A stretch of 64,000 bases of DNA from the human T2T-CHM13v2.0 reference genome, Homo sapiens. This document shows positions 13,317-28,705 of the stretch, piece after piece. Both the position numbers and the translations under genes were made by a program. Below the pieces are notes generated by a model that made no database searches, had not been told where the DNA came from, and saw nothing but the letters and a program-made list of their open reading frames with translations. The number at the start of each line of letters is the position of its first letter. Within the stretch, counting starts at the first letter, position 1. Location: NCBI RefSeq assembly GCF_009914755.1, contig NC_060936.1; one strand, given 5' to 3'.

Positions 13317-13985
13317 CTGAAAGAGACAGGAAAGAAGCACATTAAAATTTGAAGTCAAAGAGATAATTACTGTGACAGAATCTAAGCACATACAAGATAC
13401 ATACATGAAGTCCCAGTTTTTCGAACTACAAGTGTCACGGGATAAAATCCCCCTGCTGTCCCCTCCAGTTGAACATAGAGGCAGCCTGGCTCCTTCCTGC
13501 ATCCATCTACACTAAGTAGCTGTGAGATTCAGATCTCCCAGGGTATCCACTTTTTTTGTGTAATGAGACTGTAACCTGGCTCCCAGGGTAGAAAACGCAA
13601 AATAGAATGAGGTCACCAGTCAGTCCCGGTCTCCCAAAGTGCCCAGGTAACTGGAATGCCTGCCATACCACATTCACTGGGAACTTCACCACTATGGGGA
13701 ACGCATCCAACTCAGAACTCACTCACTTAATAGAAGGAGAATCTTTTTTTTTTTTTTTTAAAAGAAAGATGGGGAAAAATAGGGAAAAAGATACGAGCAG
13801 GTACATCCATCAAACAAGAACATTATTTTCTTAATGGAATCATTAAATAGATGTGATAGAATAATATGGTACAAGATTAACTTTAATAATTGGGTAATAC
13901 AACAGTATTTAGATATGGAAACAACCTCAAACCACACCACAGTGATATTAAAAAAAAAAAAGGCCGGGGGGTGGGGGCGTGGCGC

Positions 13986-14290
<305 letters not shown>

Positions 14291-14843
14291 AATGAGAAAA
14301 CTAAGACCACATAAAATAGTTTTCTCACTCAAGGGCCATTTAGGGAAAAGAACTGCAATGCAGCATTGAGTTTCCTGGTGAAGGGGGTGGCAAGTTTGTG
14401 CTCTAAAAGGAAAAGGCAGAAGTAGACCATATCCCAGGGTCTATGGATGCCTCTCATGGGTTGTCTCACTTCACTACCATGCCAGACAAAGAACATGCTA
14501 GATTCATAAACATGTAGACACCAAGGGTTAAGGCCAGGATTTGAATCCAAGTCATCCTAACTGTAACCCTCTTTCCATGTCAGGTCACTCCATTGTTGAT
14601 GTTCCTGGAGGATGAAAAACAGCTCTTTGTAGAGTTCAAACACAATCTACAAACAAGTCTTAAGATCCAAACTGAAGCATCTCATTTGTCAATATCCCTT
14701 TGATTAGATTAATGACTTGATATACAGTCTTAATAGAAATCAAATGAGAAGCAAGACAATATTCAGCATGTTACCTTTTTTTTTAAGGAATTAGTGGGCT
14801 GACAGCAAAAAAATTAGTAAAAAATTAATGAATCTCCCACTAA

Positions 14844-15260
14844 GTGATATGGTTTGGATCTGTGTCCCTATCCAAATCTCATGTTCAATTGTAATCCCCA
14901 GTGTTGGAGGTGAGGCCTGGTGGGAGGTGATCGAATCATGGGGGCGGATTTCTCATGAATGGTTTAGCAACATCCCTCTGCTGCTGTTCTCATGGTAGTG
15001 AGTCCTCCTGAGATTTGGTTGTTTAAAAGTGTGTAGCACCTCCCGTCTCTTGCAGGCATCCTCCTGCTTTCGCCGTGGGAAGTGCCTGCTCCCGCTCTGC
15101 CTTCCACCATGAGTAAAAGCTCCCCGCAGCCTCCCCAGAACCAGAGGAAGCCATGCTTCCTGTACACAGCCTGCAGAACCGTGAGCCAATTAAACTTCTT
15201 TTCTTATAAATTATCAGGATTCAGGTATTTCTTTATAGCAATGTGAGAACAGACTAATGC
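14844..15260 (+). mobile_element. MaLR solo LTR (MST family)
   Basis: tgatatggtttggatctgtgtccc...gagccaattaaac...ctttatagcaatgtgagaacagactaat. Confidence 0.88.
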
Positions 15261-16177
15261 TCTAGGTGATCCAGACTTGAATATGGACCATATCCAACAA
15301 CGGGTATTAACACTTCACCACGTAATAAATCCTGCCCAGTGCTTTATTCCAGAGGAGGGAGCACAGCAGCACAGTGGGACACCATCCTAGATGGGTGGGT
15401 CAGGCCTCCTCCACAACTTACAAACATTCGTTAGCATTAGCTCTTAGCCCCTCTCTTCCAATGCACAATTTTGTCATGAAGGAGAGACACTGGTTGCTTT
15501 ATCTGGCAGAGGAGCACCATATAGGAAAAGCTGGAGGGAAATAAATGCCCAATCACTACAAGACTAGAAAACAGGATATATGAAAAAAGGATAAAGAAGT
15601 TGTGACTTCACCTGGTCAAGAGGGAAGGATGGGGATAGGGAATAAAGAAGGTATACAACAATCTTTAAGTCCTAGAGGGTCGACCACAGGAAGCTCAAGG
15701 AATCTAGTATCTGTGGCTCATTAGTGGACCCAAACAGGAACAGGTTCAAATTATAGCAACAGAGAATGCATGAAACTTAGAAAATGTTTATTTTGGGCAG
15801 ATGGGTAATTAATGGTAACTGTACAATCACTGAGGCTAAAAATTTGATTTTGCTGGAGATATTATATCTGATGATGCTACTCTATGTCTTAGAAACTTCC
15901 TTTGGCTTCCTAATGGCTACTAAATGAAATAATATAACCTGGCACATCATTTCATTTAGCAGGCATTAGGAAGGACCTTATAGGGCTATAAGGCCCTAGC
16001 CCACCTTTCAGGCGTCACCTCACCTGAAGGACACCTTAAGAATATCTTACAACCTAAATTCCCAGAATGTATATGAATTTTCTATGGATTTTCTCATATG
16101 CATGATATTCACAATGCCTGCCACCCATTTACTCATGCTTATCAAAATCCTACGTATTCTTTAAAACCCATTTCAAG

Positions 16178-16476
16178 GGCCAGGCGCAGTGGCTCACGCC
16201 TGTAATCTCAGCACTTTGGGAGGCTGAGGCGGGTGGATCATAAGGTCAGGAGATCGAGACCATCCTGGCTAATACGGTGAAACCCTGTCTCTACTAAAAA
16301 TACAAAAAAATTAGCCAGGCATGGTGGCACGTGCCTGTAGTCCCAGCTACCCGGGAGGCTGAGGCAGGAGAACTGCTTGAACCCAGGAGGTGGAGGTTGC
16401 AGTGAGCCATTGCACTCCAGCCTGAGTGACAGAGCGAGACACCGTCTCAAACAAACAAACAAACAAACAAACAAAA
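16178..16476 (+). mobile_element. Alu (Y/Sc-like)
   Basis: Diagnostic gagatcgagaccatcctggct, with TSD aaaacccatttcaa. Confidence 0.92.
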
Positions 16477-18179
16477 CCCATTTCAAATGCCCCTTCTGCC
16501 ATGAAGCTTTTCCCAGTCCCAGTGGAACGCCCCCTCTCCATTCTGTGACACGCCTGTTGCTCTGTGCTTGTCTTGTGGCACTTCCTGACTCCTCCTTTGA
16601 TCACCACCCATGCACTTTAACCCCCTGCAGACTGCAAGCTCCTTTGGGGAGGCATGATGTCACAGCTGTACCTAACTTGAAGTTCACGTACTTCCCTAGG
16701 AGGCTGTCAATAAATGTTTGTCTACTGAACCAAAGTGCCATCATTCTTTATTCCAAGGAGTCTGCCCTGGAATCATTTAAGACACCTTTCCATTGAGCCA
16801 AAAAATCACCTCAGAAGTTCTGCTCGCATAGCCCTGACAATTCCAGGTGAAGATGGCTTCCCAATACCTGGATAATAAATCTGGCACCATTTGAAACTGA
16901 TTCAACTAAACAGAGATTTTATTCCGAGTATCAATGTGCAACAAGATACACAAATACAAATAAGGACTTTAAAACTTTAATTGAAGCATAATTTATACTC
17001 AGAAAAGAGCACATGTAATAAGTACAAAGTGAAATAAGTACTCGATGAATTTTTACAAGCTGAACACATTGTGTGACCAGCAGCCAGTTAAAGAAATAGA
17101 ACAGAAGCCTCCCTTGTGCCCTCCTTCAATCTCAACGACATCACCTCCACCTCCAGGGGCAACCATGATCCTCACTTCAAACCGCATACATTAGTTTTGC
17201 CTGTTGTATACATGTATTCTTCTTGTCATTTTTCACTCAGCACTGTTTGTGAGTTTCATAAGAACTTGGTTTTGCCCTCCTGGAGCTCACAGATAAGACG
17301 AGATGAAGTTATTTAAAATCTGGCTGGCATTCTCTATTGAGAAGTCCACAACAACATCTAGAGGTAGAAAGGTTTTCATACTTTACCTTACCAAACCGAG
17401 CAGTAAATAAACTCCTGTTCTTACTCCTTTAATTCTCAACTGCATCAGGGCTGGTCATCCAATTCTGAGTCTCAAGGCAAAGCCTCATGCTCTCACAGAC
17501 CTCTCGTTACAGGACAGCCTTGTATGCACAGGAATGTTTATGCACAGATGGCCAAATGACTTTTGGCTTACTTTATGATTTAACAATGCTTGGCATGTTC
17601 TCAAGAGTCCAGGTTGGCGAAAGCAACAGCATTTAAAGCCCCAAATCAATCGATCTTACTGCTTGTCAGCAAATCTCAGTTAAAAATGTTTGATGAGGGT
17701 ATAAAGTTGGAACTATTACTGGGCTGCTCCTTTTGCCCTTTTATAACCCTAGCTAGCACTGCATGGGATAATTGAGAGACAGCTACACCTATCATTGTTA
17801 GATGCCTGTAAATTCCCTGAACACAAACTGAAATTACATGTGCGTGCTAAAAGAAAGCTGCCAGTCCTCCACCCTTCGTTTAATCCAGACTTGGCACTGA
17901 CCCTATACAATACACTATACATTGCAGCTTGGTTTCAGGGTTAGGACGCAGGAAGGACAAAGGTTTCTGGTTATCTAGACTCAGTGTACACTGTGTGGAT
18001 CAGGACACTGTGTTTCTGTTTGGGCGCTGACATTTACTATGTATGTGTTCTTGGGTAAACTGAGTCACCTCTACGGGCTTCCATTTCTGAATCTATAGAA
18101 CAAGGAGACAGAACCAGACAATTCAGAACTAATACTGCACAACTCCATCAAGTGTAATCCAAGCTATCATTACTGTGAG

Positions 18180-18440
18180 ACAGTACTGCATCATAAAAAG
18201 CCCAAGGGCTCCGGAAACAGACTGCTTTGGTTTCCATCTTGGCACCACTCTTAAGAGCTGTGGGACCTTGGAAAAATGACTTAGCCTCTCTGTGTCTCAG
18301 TTTCACTTCTGAAAATGGACATAATGATTCTTCAAAGAGTTGTGAGGAATAAATGAGAAAATGTATGTAAAGTGTTCACCTCTTCAAGTGTGACCTCCTG
18401 GCACACTGAATGATTTCAACAAATGTTTGTTACTGTTATC
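18180..18440 (+). mobile_element. MIR
   Basis: 'ctgtgggaccttgg...tctctgtgtctcagttt...gttgtgaggaataaatgag'. Confidence 0.75.
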
Positions 18441-19510
18441 ATTCCAATTTCATTCTAAAATGTACCTAAATTCAATTTCATTTAAAAATGTATGTAAAAA
18501 CTGAAAGGGAAACAAACTCCAAAGTGTTAACAATGCTGACCTTTGCACCGTGGGGTTATGCGGGGTCATTCTTTTGTATTTTCAAGTCTTTTAAAAATAA
18601 AATGTACTACTGTTTTGGCAGAAAAGACTTTGCTTTTAAGAATGACTGCTAGCCTCTTTCAATTCTTCCAGAATACTTGGCTGTTATTACTTTAGATGAA
18701 AGGCAGATCCGCCTACTGAAACGCCATTCCTCATTGTGTTTTCTTTCCGGCACTGGAGACATTTCCACTGTCACCCCAATGCTCTGGAACAAAGGCTGAG
18801 GAAAAGCCTGAGTCCCGGACAGACGTCAAAATCTAACCCTGCACCACCTCTGCAATGAACCAGGCCTCCAGCACAACACACCAAGTTAGCTCACCTTACT
18901 CACCGGACACGGGCACAGCAACTCAGTCACCACCAGTGCGGCTTGGACACACTGTGCAGGATTCACGGAAGGCTGTCTCCCAGGACACTCTGTATTAACC
19001 CGCTAAAGCTCCAGAGGGAGATGAACCAAAAAGGAAGGGTACCAACACAGAGGCACACCACCCACCCCCCAGCAAACAGAACCAGAATGTAGGGCTCCTG
19101 TGGACCCTGGAACGACAGGGACTGAGGCAGGAGTCCTCTGAGGTTCTGGAGGCCACAGAGTAGCCACAATGTGTAGGGATGCAGAGCTATCACAACAATG
19201 TGACAGATGACAACGGCCTGCTTAGTCTCAAGGCTGAAGACAATGAACCTTTGCTTAAAGAAAGGCTGTTTGAGCCTCAGGCATTACAAGAAAAGGGTCA
19301 GATCCTTCAAATGGGCTGGCATTTCCAAGGCAACAGGTATTTCCAAGTACATGTGAGTGAAGATTTATGCATAGGTCCACAAGGACCTGCATGTTCAATA
19401 CCTGAAGGCTTTTACAAGTCTTCGTGGCCTTGGTATGTAAGTCAGTATCACTGACATTTTTTACTATTAATCACTTTAGCTGAACTCTATTTCAGGTCTA
19501 AAGTCTAGGC

Positions 19511-20012
<502 letters not shown>

Positions 20013-20881
20013 GTCTAGGCTGCTCCTACGATATGCCACCCAGAATGTGCTAGGCTTTGCCATCGTATTAATGTCAAAATCTCAGTGGCTATAAAAGAAA
20101 GGCTTATTCCATGCAAATGCTAGAAAGTTGGCTGTGAGTCAGTGAGGGGACCCAGGTTACGGTGGGGCCTCTACCGTCTGGACGTTCTCTAAAAGACAGA
20201 GAACTCATTACACTGACCCTACCTAACTTCTAGGGGACAGGGGAGTATAATCCTATTACATGCCCACGAGGTAAAATATCATGTTAGTGACATGTGTAGT
20301 ACCTTTCTTAATTGTTAAAAACTCTCTGAGGTAGGTTCTACTATTATTACTATTTTATAAACTAGTCACAGAGAAGTTAAGTAAATTGCCTGGGGGCACA
20401 CAGCCAGTAACCGGCAGAGCCAGGCTGGAAATTCTGGCTGTCTGTCTCCAGTGCCTACCTGCCTAAAAATGACTGAATACTTTTATTGTGAGTCAGGCAC
20501 TGTGCTAAAGATTTTTTAATGCATTCATATATTCTTCACACCAACCCTTTTATGAGAAAACCGAGACTTGTAAAGGGTATGTTTCTTGAAGCCCATGAAT
20601 AATAAATAGCCTAGGTGGGGCTCAACTCAGGTTTATGAAATATGCAAGACTTAGCAAGATCTGTACCAGCTCAGCCCCAGATCCCGCGAGAACCTCTGCA
20701 ATGCCCTTAACATGGTCATCCATTGCATGGATAATCTGGGCTTCGTTTAGACTACTCTGTCAGAAAATTCTCCCTCAGGCTGAACTTGAAATAATCGTGG
20801 CTGTAACTTTGTGTCCACAGCTCTGGTGTGGCTTCCTGGAGCCACATCAATCAGGTCTGATATAGTCTATAAAATCTATTC

Positions 20882-21035
20882 TTTTTTTTTTTTTTTTTGA
20901 GACAGTCTCTCTCTGTCGCCCAGGCTGGAGTGCAGTGTCGCGATCTCCGCTCACTGCAAATTCCAATGTTCAAGTGATTCCCGTCTCAGCCTCCCGAGAA
21001 GCTGGGATTACAAGTGAGTGCCACCACGCCCTGCT

Positions 21036-21069
<34 letters not shown>

Positions 21070-21130
21070 GAGATGGGGTTTTACTATGTTGGCCAGGCTG
21101 GTCTTGAACTCCTGGCTTTAAGTGATCCAC
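20882..21130 (-). mobile_element. Alu (5'-truncated)
   Basis: Alu arms with an expanded middle T-run. Confidence 0.88.
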
Positions 21131-21519
21131 TTTGTTCCATATTCTAAAATATAAACAGTGATTTGGGCCAAATAACTTTATGAAGATAAAAAAGCTTACT
21201 GCTTGTATTGGAACAATGCCTACGCATTTACAATCACTAAGAGGAGAGAGAGAATGAGATTAAAAACAGAAGATAAAAATAAAAGATAAAGGACCTCTGG
21301 AGAAAGAAGCCCTGTCCCTAAGGGCCTAGCAAGTGAGGCCATGTGGGAAAAGGCAAACAGCAGATAAGCCCTGGATCTGCCTGGAGGGAAGGGAGAGTGC
21401 CCTTCTCTGTGCTGGCTGATACAGCTGGGAGACCGATGTGGGGCTCAGCATGGCCCCACAGTGGGGTACCTTTGTGTGTTCTCCCAGAAGAACAGGAGCT
21501 TTTCTATCAGAAACAAGCG

Positions 21520-22236
21520 GGGTTGTGTCCTCACGCTTCCGGAGACTGGAGTTGCTCCTGTGCTCTCAGGAGAGGCGGGAGACGGCGCAGGGTCTGAAAC
21601 ATGGGGGACGATGTGCACCCGCAACAAACTACCAACACTGGAGAGGAGCCCCTGGATGTTATCGGGCTCAGCCTAGATGAGTGAGTTTATGTGAAAATGA
21701 GAAATGACCGAGAGCTTCAAGGCAGATCACATGCTTATGATCAACATTTAAATATGATCTTGGGAGATGAGGAAGAAACCGCGACTACTATAGAAATTGA
21801 TGAAGAAACATACGAAGAGATATATAAATCAAGGAAACAGAATATTCCAATGCTCTTTGTCCTGGGAGATGGTCGTGCTGGTTGCCCCTCCATTGACAGT
21901 TGGCTGAAACAATTTGTCCTGTATGGAAAATAGGAGACTTCGTACAGTAGCCTTTCTAAATGTACAAGGCATTCAAAAGAGAAACCTGCATACATTCTGA
22001 TATTAAGAAATAATTCTGGGGATTCTCCCACTCCTGAAATGAATTGATTTGCAGATAATTCACAACTTCTTAAGCTAAATGGCATTTTAACTTTTCTAAA
22101 GCTCTTCAATAAATATGACCACCAAGATGCAGAGCTCTTTTTCAGGACTTGTTTTGCTCTGTTATCCTTACAGACAATTTCTGATTTTTTTTTTCTTTAA
22201 ATTAAAATTGGTGTTTCCTCGTAGGAAAAAAAAAAG
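21520..22236 (+). pseudogene. LSM3P2: LSM3 processed pseudogene, antisense to TMCC3 (probably LSM3P2; number from recall)
   Basis: Intronless, ATG at 21601: [76 protein letters not shown]... Premature TGA at 21682-21684, frameshift near 21871, original stop 21905-21907, AATAAA 22108, ATTAAA 22201, A-tail from 22226. Confidence 0.93.
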
Positions 22237-22254
22237 AAATATATAAGATACAGT

Positions 22255-22552
22255 GGCTGGATGCAGTGGCTCACACCTGTAATCTCAGCACTTTGGGAGG
22301 GGAGATTGCTTTAGCCCAGGAGTTCGAAACCAGCCTGGGCAATATGGTGAAACCCTGTCTCTACCAAAAAAAACAAACCCAAAATTAGCCAGGCATGGTG
22401 GCATGCACTTGTAATCCTGACTACTCGGGAGGTTGAGGCAGGAGGGTCAAGAGCCTGGGAGGTGGAGGTTGCAGTGAGCATGAATCGCGCCACTGCACTC
22501 CAGCCTGGCAGCCTGGGCAACAGAGGGAGACCCTGTCTCTAAATAAATAAAT
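22255..22552 (+). mobile_element. AluJ-like inserted just after the pseudogene tail
   Basis: Dimeric Alu with (TAAA)n tail. Confidence 0.9.
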
Positions 22553-23274
22553 ATACATATATGAGAGATACCCCTAGCCCATCTCCCTCTTGCTATCCTG
22601 GGGTCACACTTGACATGCACTTGCAAAATGTCTAGCCAGAGTCAGTGAACAGGGAAGCTAACTGAACCACCGGATCCCAGCATCCTTGCTAACAGAGCTA
22701 ACCTATACTAGAAAAATAACTCCAGAGGCTGGATAAGGCTCCTTGTTATCTGTTACTAGAAACATATTACTACCTTCATGGGACACCTACACAGAATATT
22801 CAATACCTACATTTGCTAGAAGAAAGCTGCACTTTCCCCCACTGTGTGCTGGAGAGGAAAAATCTTAAGGACCTTCATATGATATCCAGAAGGACATTTT
22901 ATTAGGAGAGTGTCTTAGTACAGTGTTTGTTCTAACTTGTTTAGACAAGGAACATTTCCTTTCATAGTTCAGGTCTGACAATAGCACACTCTGAACTTTA
23001 AATAAGTGCACCGTATACAGCACGGGAACTGAGTCAATAGTTTTGCCATAAAGGTTTTATTCCTCGCATCCCCCCTTCTTCCTCTCTTGGCATCACTGAC
23101 AAAAGAAATTCTGTAGCCTCAAGAATCCTATTTCCGGCCGGGCGCAGTGGCTCACACTTGTAATCTAAGTACTTTGGGAGGCTGAGGTGGGTGGATCACT
23201 TGAGGTCAGGAGTTTGAGACCAGCCTGGCCTACATGGTGAAACCCTGTCTCTACTAAAAATGCAAAAAAAAAAT

Positions 23275-24565
<1,291 letters not shown>

Positions 24566-25054
24566 TCATTAAGCCTCTACCAGGAAACAGTGGTAATCTC
24601 CTTTGAGTTACATGCACTTAAAAAATGTATCTTTCTTCAAAACAGCTTATAAATCACACTTCCAATAAATACAAACTAATTCTTTACAAAATTAGTCTGA
24701 CCTGGTAAAGATTTCTACGTACTAAATCTATGTAAGAATTAAAGGGGGAGAAAGGCCAGATTCAGCAAGAATGTCCCTTGAAAAGTAGAAGGGAAGGCTA
24801 CAGTGATGAAAATAGACCACCCTTACATGAGCACCAATTGCAAGGCAAGGACAGCCACAGTCCCTGGGGAGGAAACTGTGGAGGGATGTGAGGCAACACC
24901 CAAAAAAGGCAACTTCTAAGAGGAGCAGGGAGTCTCTGGGGACCCTGTGTACCTTGAAAACGAGCAAGTTTGGGAAAGGGAAGTGTACATTTATTTAATA
25001 TCTGCCCCTTACCTCTCCAGGCCTGGGAACTAAGAACCATGCCTTTTAAATTTA

Positions 25055-25245
25055 AATATATATATATACACACACACACACAGAGAGAGTGAGAGAGAGA
25101 GAGGTCTCTCACTCTGTCACCCAGGCTGGAGTGCAGTGATGCCATCACTAGCTCACTGCAACCTTGAACTCCTGGGCTCAAGTTATCCTCTCGCCCTAAC
25201 CTCCCAAAGTGTTGGGATTACAGGCATGAGCCACCGTGTCTGGCA
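25055..25245 (-). mobile_element. FLAM with compound (TA)n(CA)n(GA)n microsatellite tail
   Basis: Alu monomer preceded by dinucleotide runs. Confidence 0.85.
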
Positions 25246-27830
25246 GAACCAGGCCTAATTTTAGGACTAAACACAGAACAAATGTCCACTGAAGCTTTTA
25301 GTTCCTAACTCAGAAGGAGAGAAGGGGTGAGCAAGAGCTGCTAGGCACTAAACTTAAGGTCTTTTGGGGGCAGTTCTGGAAAATTTCCCATCCATGCTTG
25401 TTCATTCCCATAGGTTTCTGGCAGTGTCTGTCAGTAAAACCTCCCCAGGAAGAGGGGAAGCCAGCAAGGAAGGGGATGTGGGAATATCGAGTTTACTCTG
25501 GGAGAACCGCCCCCAGGAAAAACGAGTCTCCGAGGCCCTTAGTCAGAGAGCAGAGAAAAGAGGACAAGCCTGGGAGCAGAGGGTCTGCCTACTGCCCTGC
25601 CCTGGCAGCCCAGTCTTCTACATTTCCCATCACATTCATTCATCACCTCACTTACCCCTAAAACACACAGGGTGGGCCTTCTTAGAAGGGACCTGTACTT
25701 AGTGTAAGTTTCTAAACGATAGTTACAAATCCAGCACCTGTCTTGCAGAGTCTTTCGGCATCTCCAGCCTGAACGAACTCTATCAGGCCATGCTGTGTTC
25801 ATTATAGGCACCCTGCACAAAAGGGAAAGTAACTTGTCTCCTAAAGTATAGCTTCCTAGATAAATAAGTGAATATAACAAGGGTGTGCAGTGTTATCTAT
25901 CAGATAACAATAATTGTTTCCCTTTTTGCCTCGGATGCTAGGAAATTCAGAATCAAACGTAGAGTAACTGTTAGATCTGGTGATCAGCCTATATGTTTTC
26001 CCCTTCTTTTTCGACTTTTGGATATTAGCACTACTCTAACTATATTTTCCATGTGTCTTATCATAATCATAATCTTAGTGGAAAGAGGTGGGTATACTTT
26101 AACCTGCTTATTAAGAGGCTAGGTATGTCATCTTGCCCAGAGATGAACACTATACCAGCATTCCTATGTTTAATAGGGGGAATGTGGTCAAACATACCCA
26201 GCTCATGAACCTGCACTGCGACTTCCCCATCCCCATTCCTAGGGCATCCAGAGAAAGCCACATAATGGTCACAACTTGGCTCATGTCCTTTGAAAAGTTG
26301 CTATGTAAGACTGAGCCAGGAAATAGCGTTTGGTACTGGAGCCCCAAAGTGCATTCCCAAAGCATATGCAAGCCTCATAATTAAATTTTTCTCTGAGGGT
26401 GAGGGTTTCATTTATTTTTTGGTAGTATAACAAATACTGGAGGGAAAAACATGTACTGGATGATTTGCAGTATAGAATTTTCTTATAAATGGATCAGAAT
26501 ACTACTAGCTATCAGACAGGGCTTAGAAATAAGTAGCTATTCAAGAGTAGAAGAAAAACTGATCAACAGTCATTTCTTCGCCTTTTGCAATGCTGAAGCT
26601 AATTTTGCACAGTTTTATTTTTTCTAATATATGCCAGCAGTATTATCACCAAATGGCAATTAGAACTAAAAAGCTGCCTTTAGTTGTATCAAAATAATAT
26701 AGCATTCCACTTAAAGAAAAAAAAATGTCCATGAAAAGTACATTCAATCGATATTTTGGTACAGTATTTCTGGCATAGAAAAACAGCCTTACTTTGAAGT
26801 TGTGCTCGGCCTTCAAATGAGGCCCTCAACATAAAAACTGATTTCCTTGGGTTGAATAAAATCATCTTTTCAAAAGATAAATCAGATTATACCCTGTTCT
26901 CTCCCAAAGATCTTTAATGTTCCCTAAAGTGTGAAATACTTAACAAAGAATTTAAGGCTCTGTTGATCAGGGTCCTATCCTAGTCATTTTCCAGCAGGTC
27001 CATCCATCCTGATGTTTTGAGTACATCTATGTATAGCCCCTAGGGTAAGGCTGGACCTTTATATACACTCTCCTTTAATCCTCATATCTCCATGTCATTA
27101 GCTCTGCCTTGCAGATTTGAAAGGGGGAGGCATCAAATAAGTTATGGTGACAGCTAAGAAGACACAGAGCCAGGATTTGTACTAATGTCTAGTTTTTAAC
27201 CTTCATCTTATTCCATGTGTGTGACGAGCCAGTCACACCTGAACACTGCATGCACTTTGCTATTTCTATGTCTGTTCCTCACCCTAGCATGGTCTCCTTC
27301 CCAATTCACCTTTCAAGGACCAAGTCAAACGATGTCTCTTCCACAGAGGTTCTCCCACCCCCACGCCCAGCTAGGATTGACTGCTTCCTTTGTGCTTCTC
27401 CCCATTTGCACTGACTCCTCATACAGTGCTTATTCTTCCAAGTATGACAGGTATTTGAATAACACATTTGTTCCTCCAACATTTGGATGCCTCCTTGGAG
27501 AGAAGGATCATCTATCATCTACTAGGCCACCTGTGTCTGCTCCACACTCTTTCCTCAATAGGACCTTAGTGCTTATTAAGTGAATCAGTTGTTGACTAGC
27601 AGCCAACTAGGGCAGCCAGTTGTTTAGGGACAAGTGGCTGCCCTAGTTGTTTACATTTGCTCAGCTGTTTGCAATGAGATCAAGAAGAACCTGCAACTGA
27701 GGTTGTGCTGGGTTGCTTTCAAAACAGACCGAACCACGAATGGTTCATGGCTTGTGACACATGTGAGAGGTCAAATAGGAAACTGATGTTTCATGGCTCT
27801 TCACTGCTCCAAGCAGAATATAGGTAATCA

Positions 27831-28160
<330 letters not shown>

Positions 28161-28344
28161 TAAGATCTCCCACGTACAGAATATGCAGGTATGATCCTTT
28201 CCTCCCTAAGGGACCTTTTCCCTGTAGGGACCGTTGTAATTGTGGCAGACAACTCAGGTGCCTCCTCCTTTGGACACACCCATATGTTCTGACTCAATCC
28301 ATTATTTGTGATGGCTTAAGGAAGCAGTCTTAAATAATTTCTCA

Positions 28345-28705
<361 letters not shown>

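Noticed and set aside
13317-13502. N-terminal extension MQEGARL... of the 395-aa ORF
   Set aside because: It runs through a strong pyrimidine tract and acceptor at 13317-13340 and has no TMCC-like sequence. Most likely an open intronic frame.
21691-21933. Functional LSM3 gene
   Set aside because: Intronless, with a premature stop, a frameshift and an A-tail, so a processed pseudogene.
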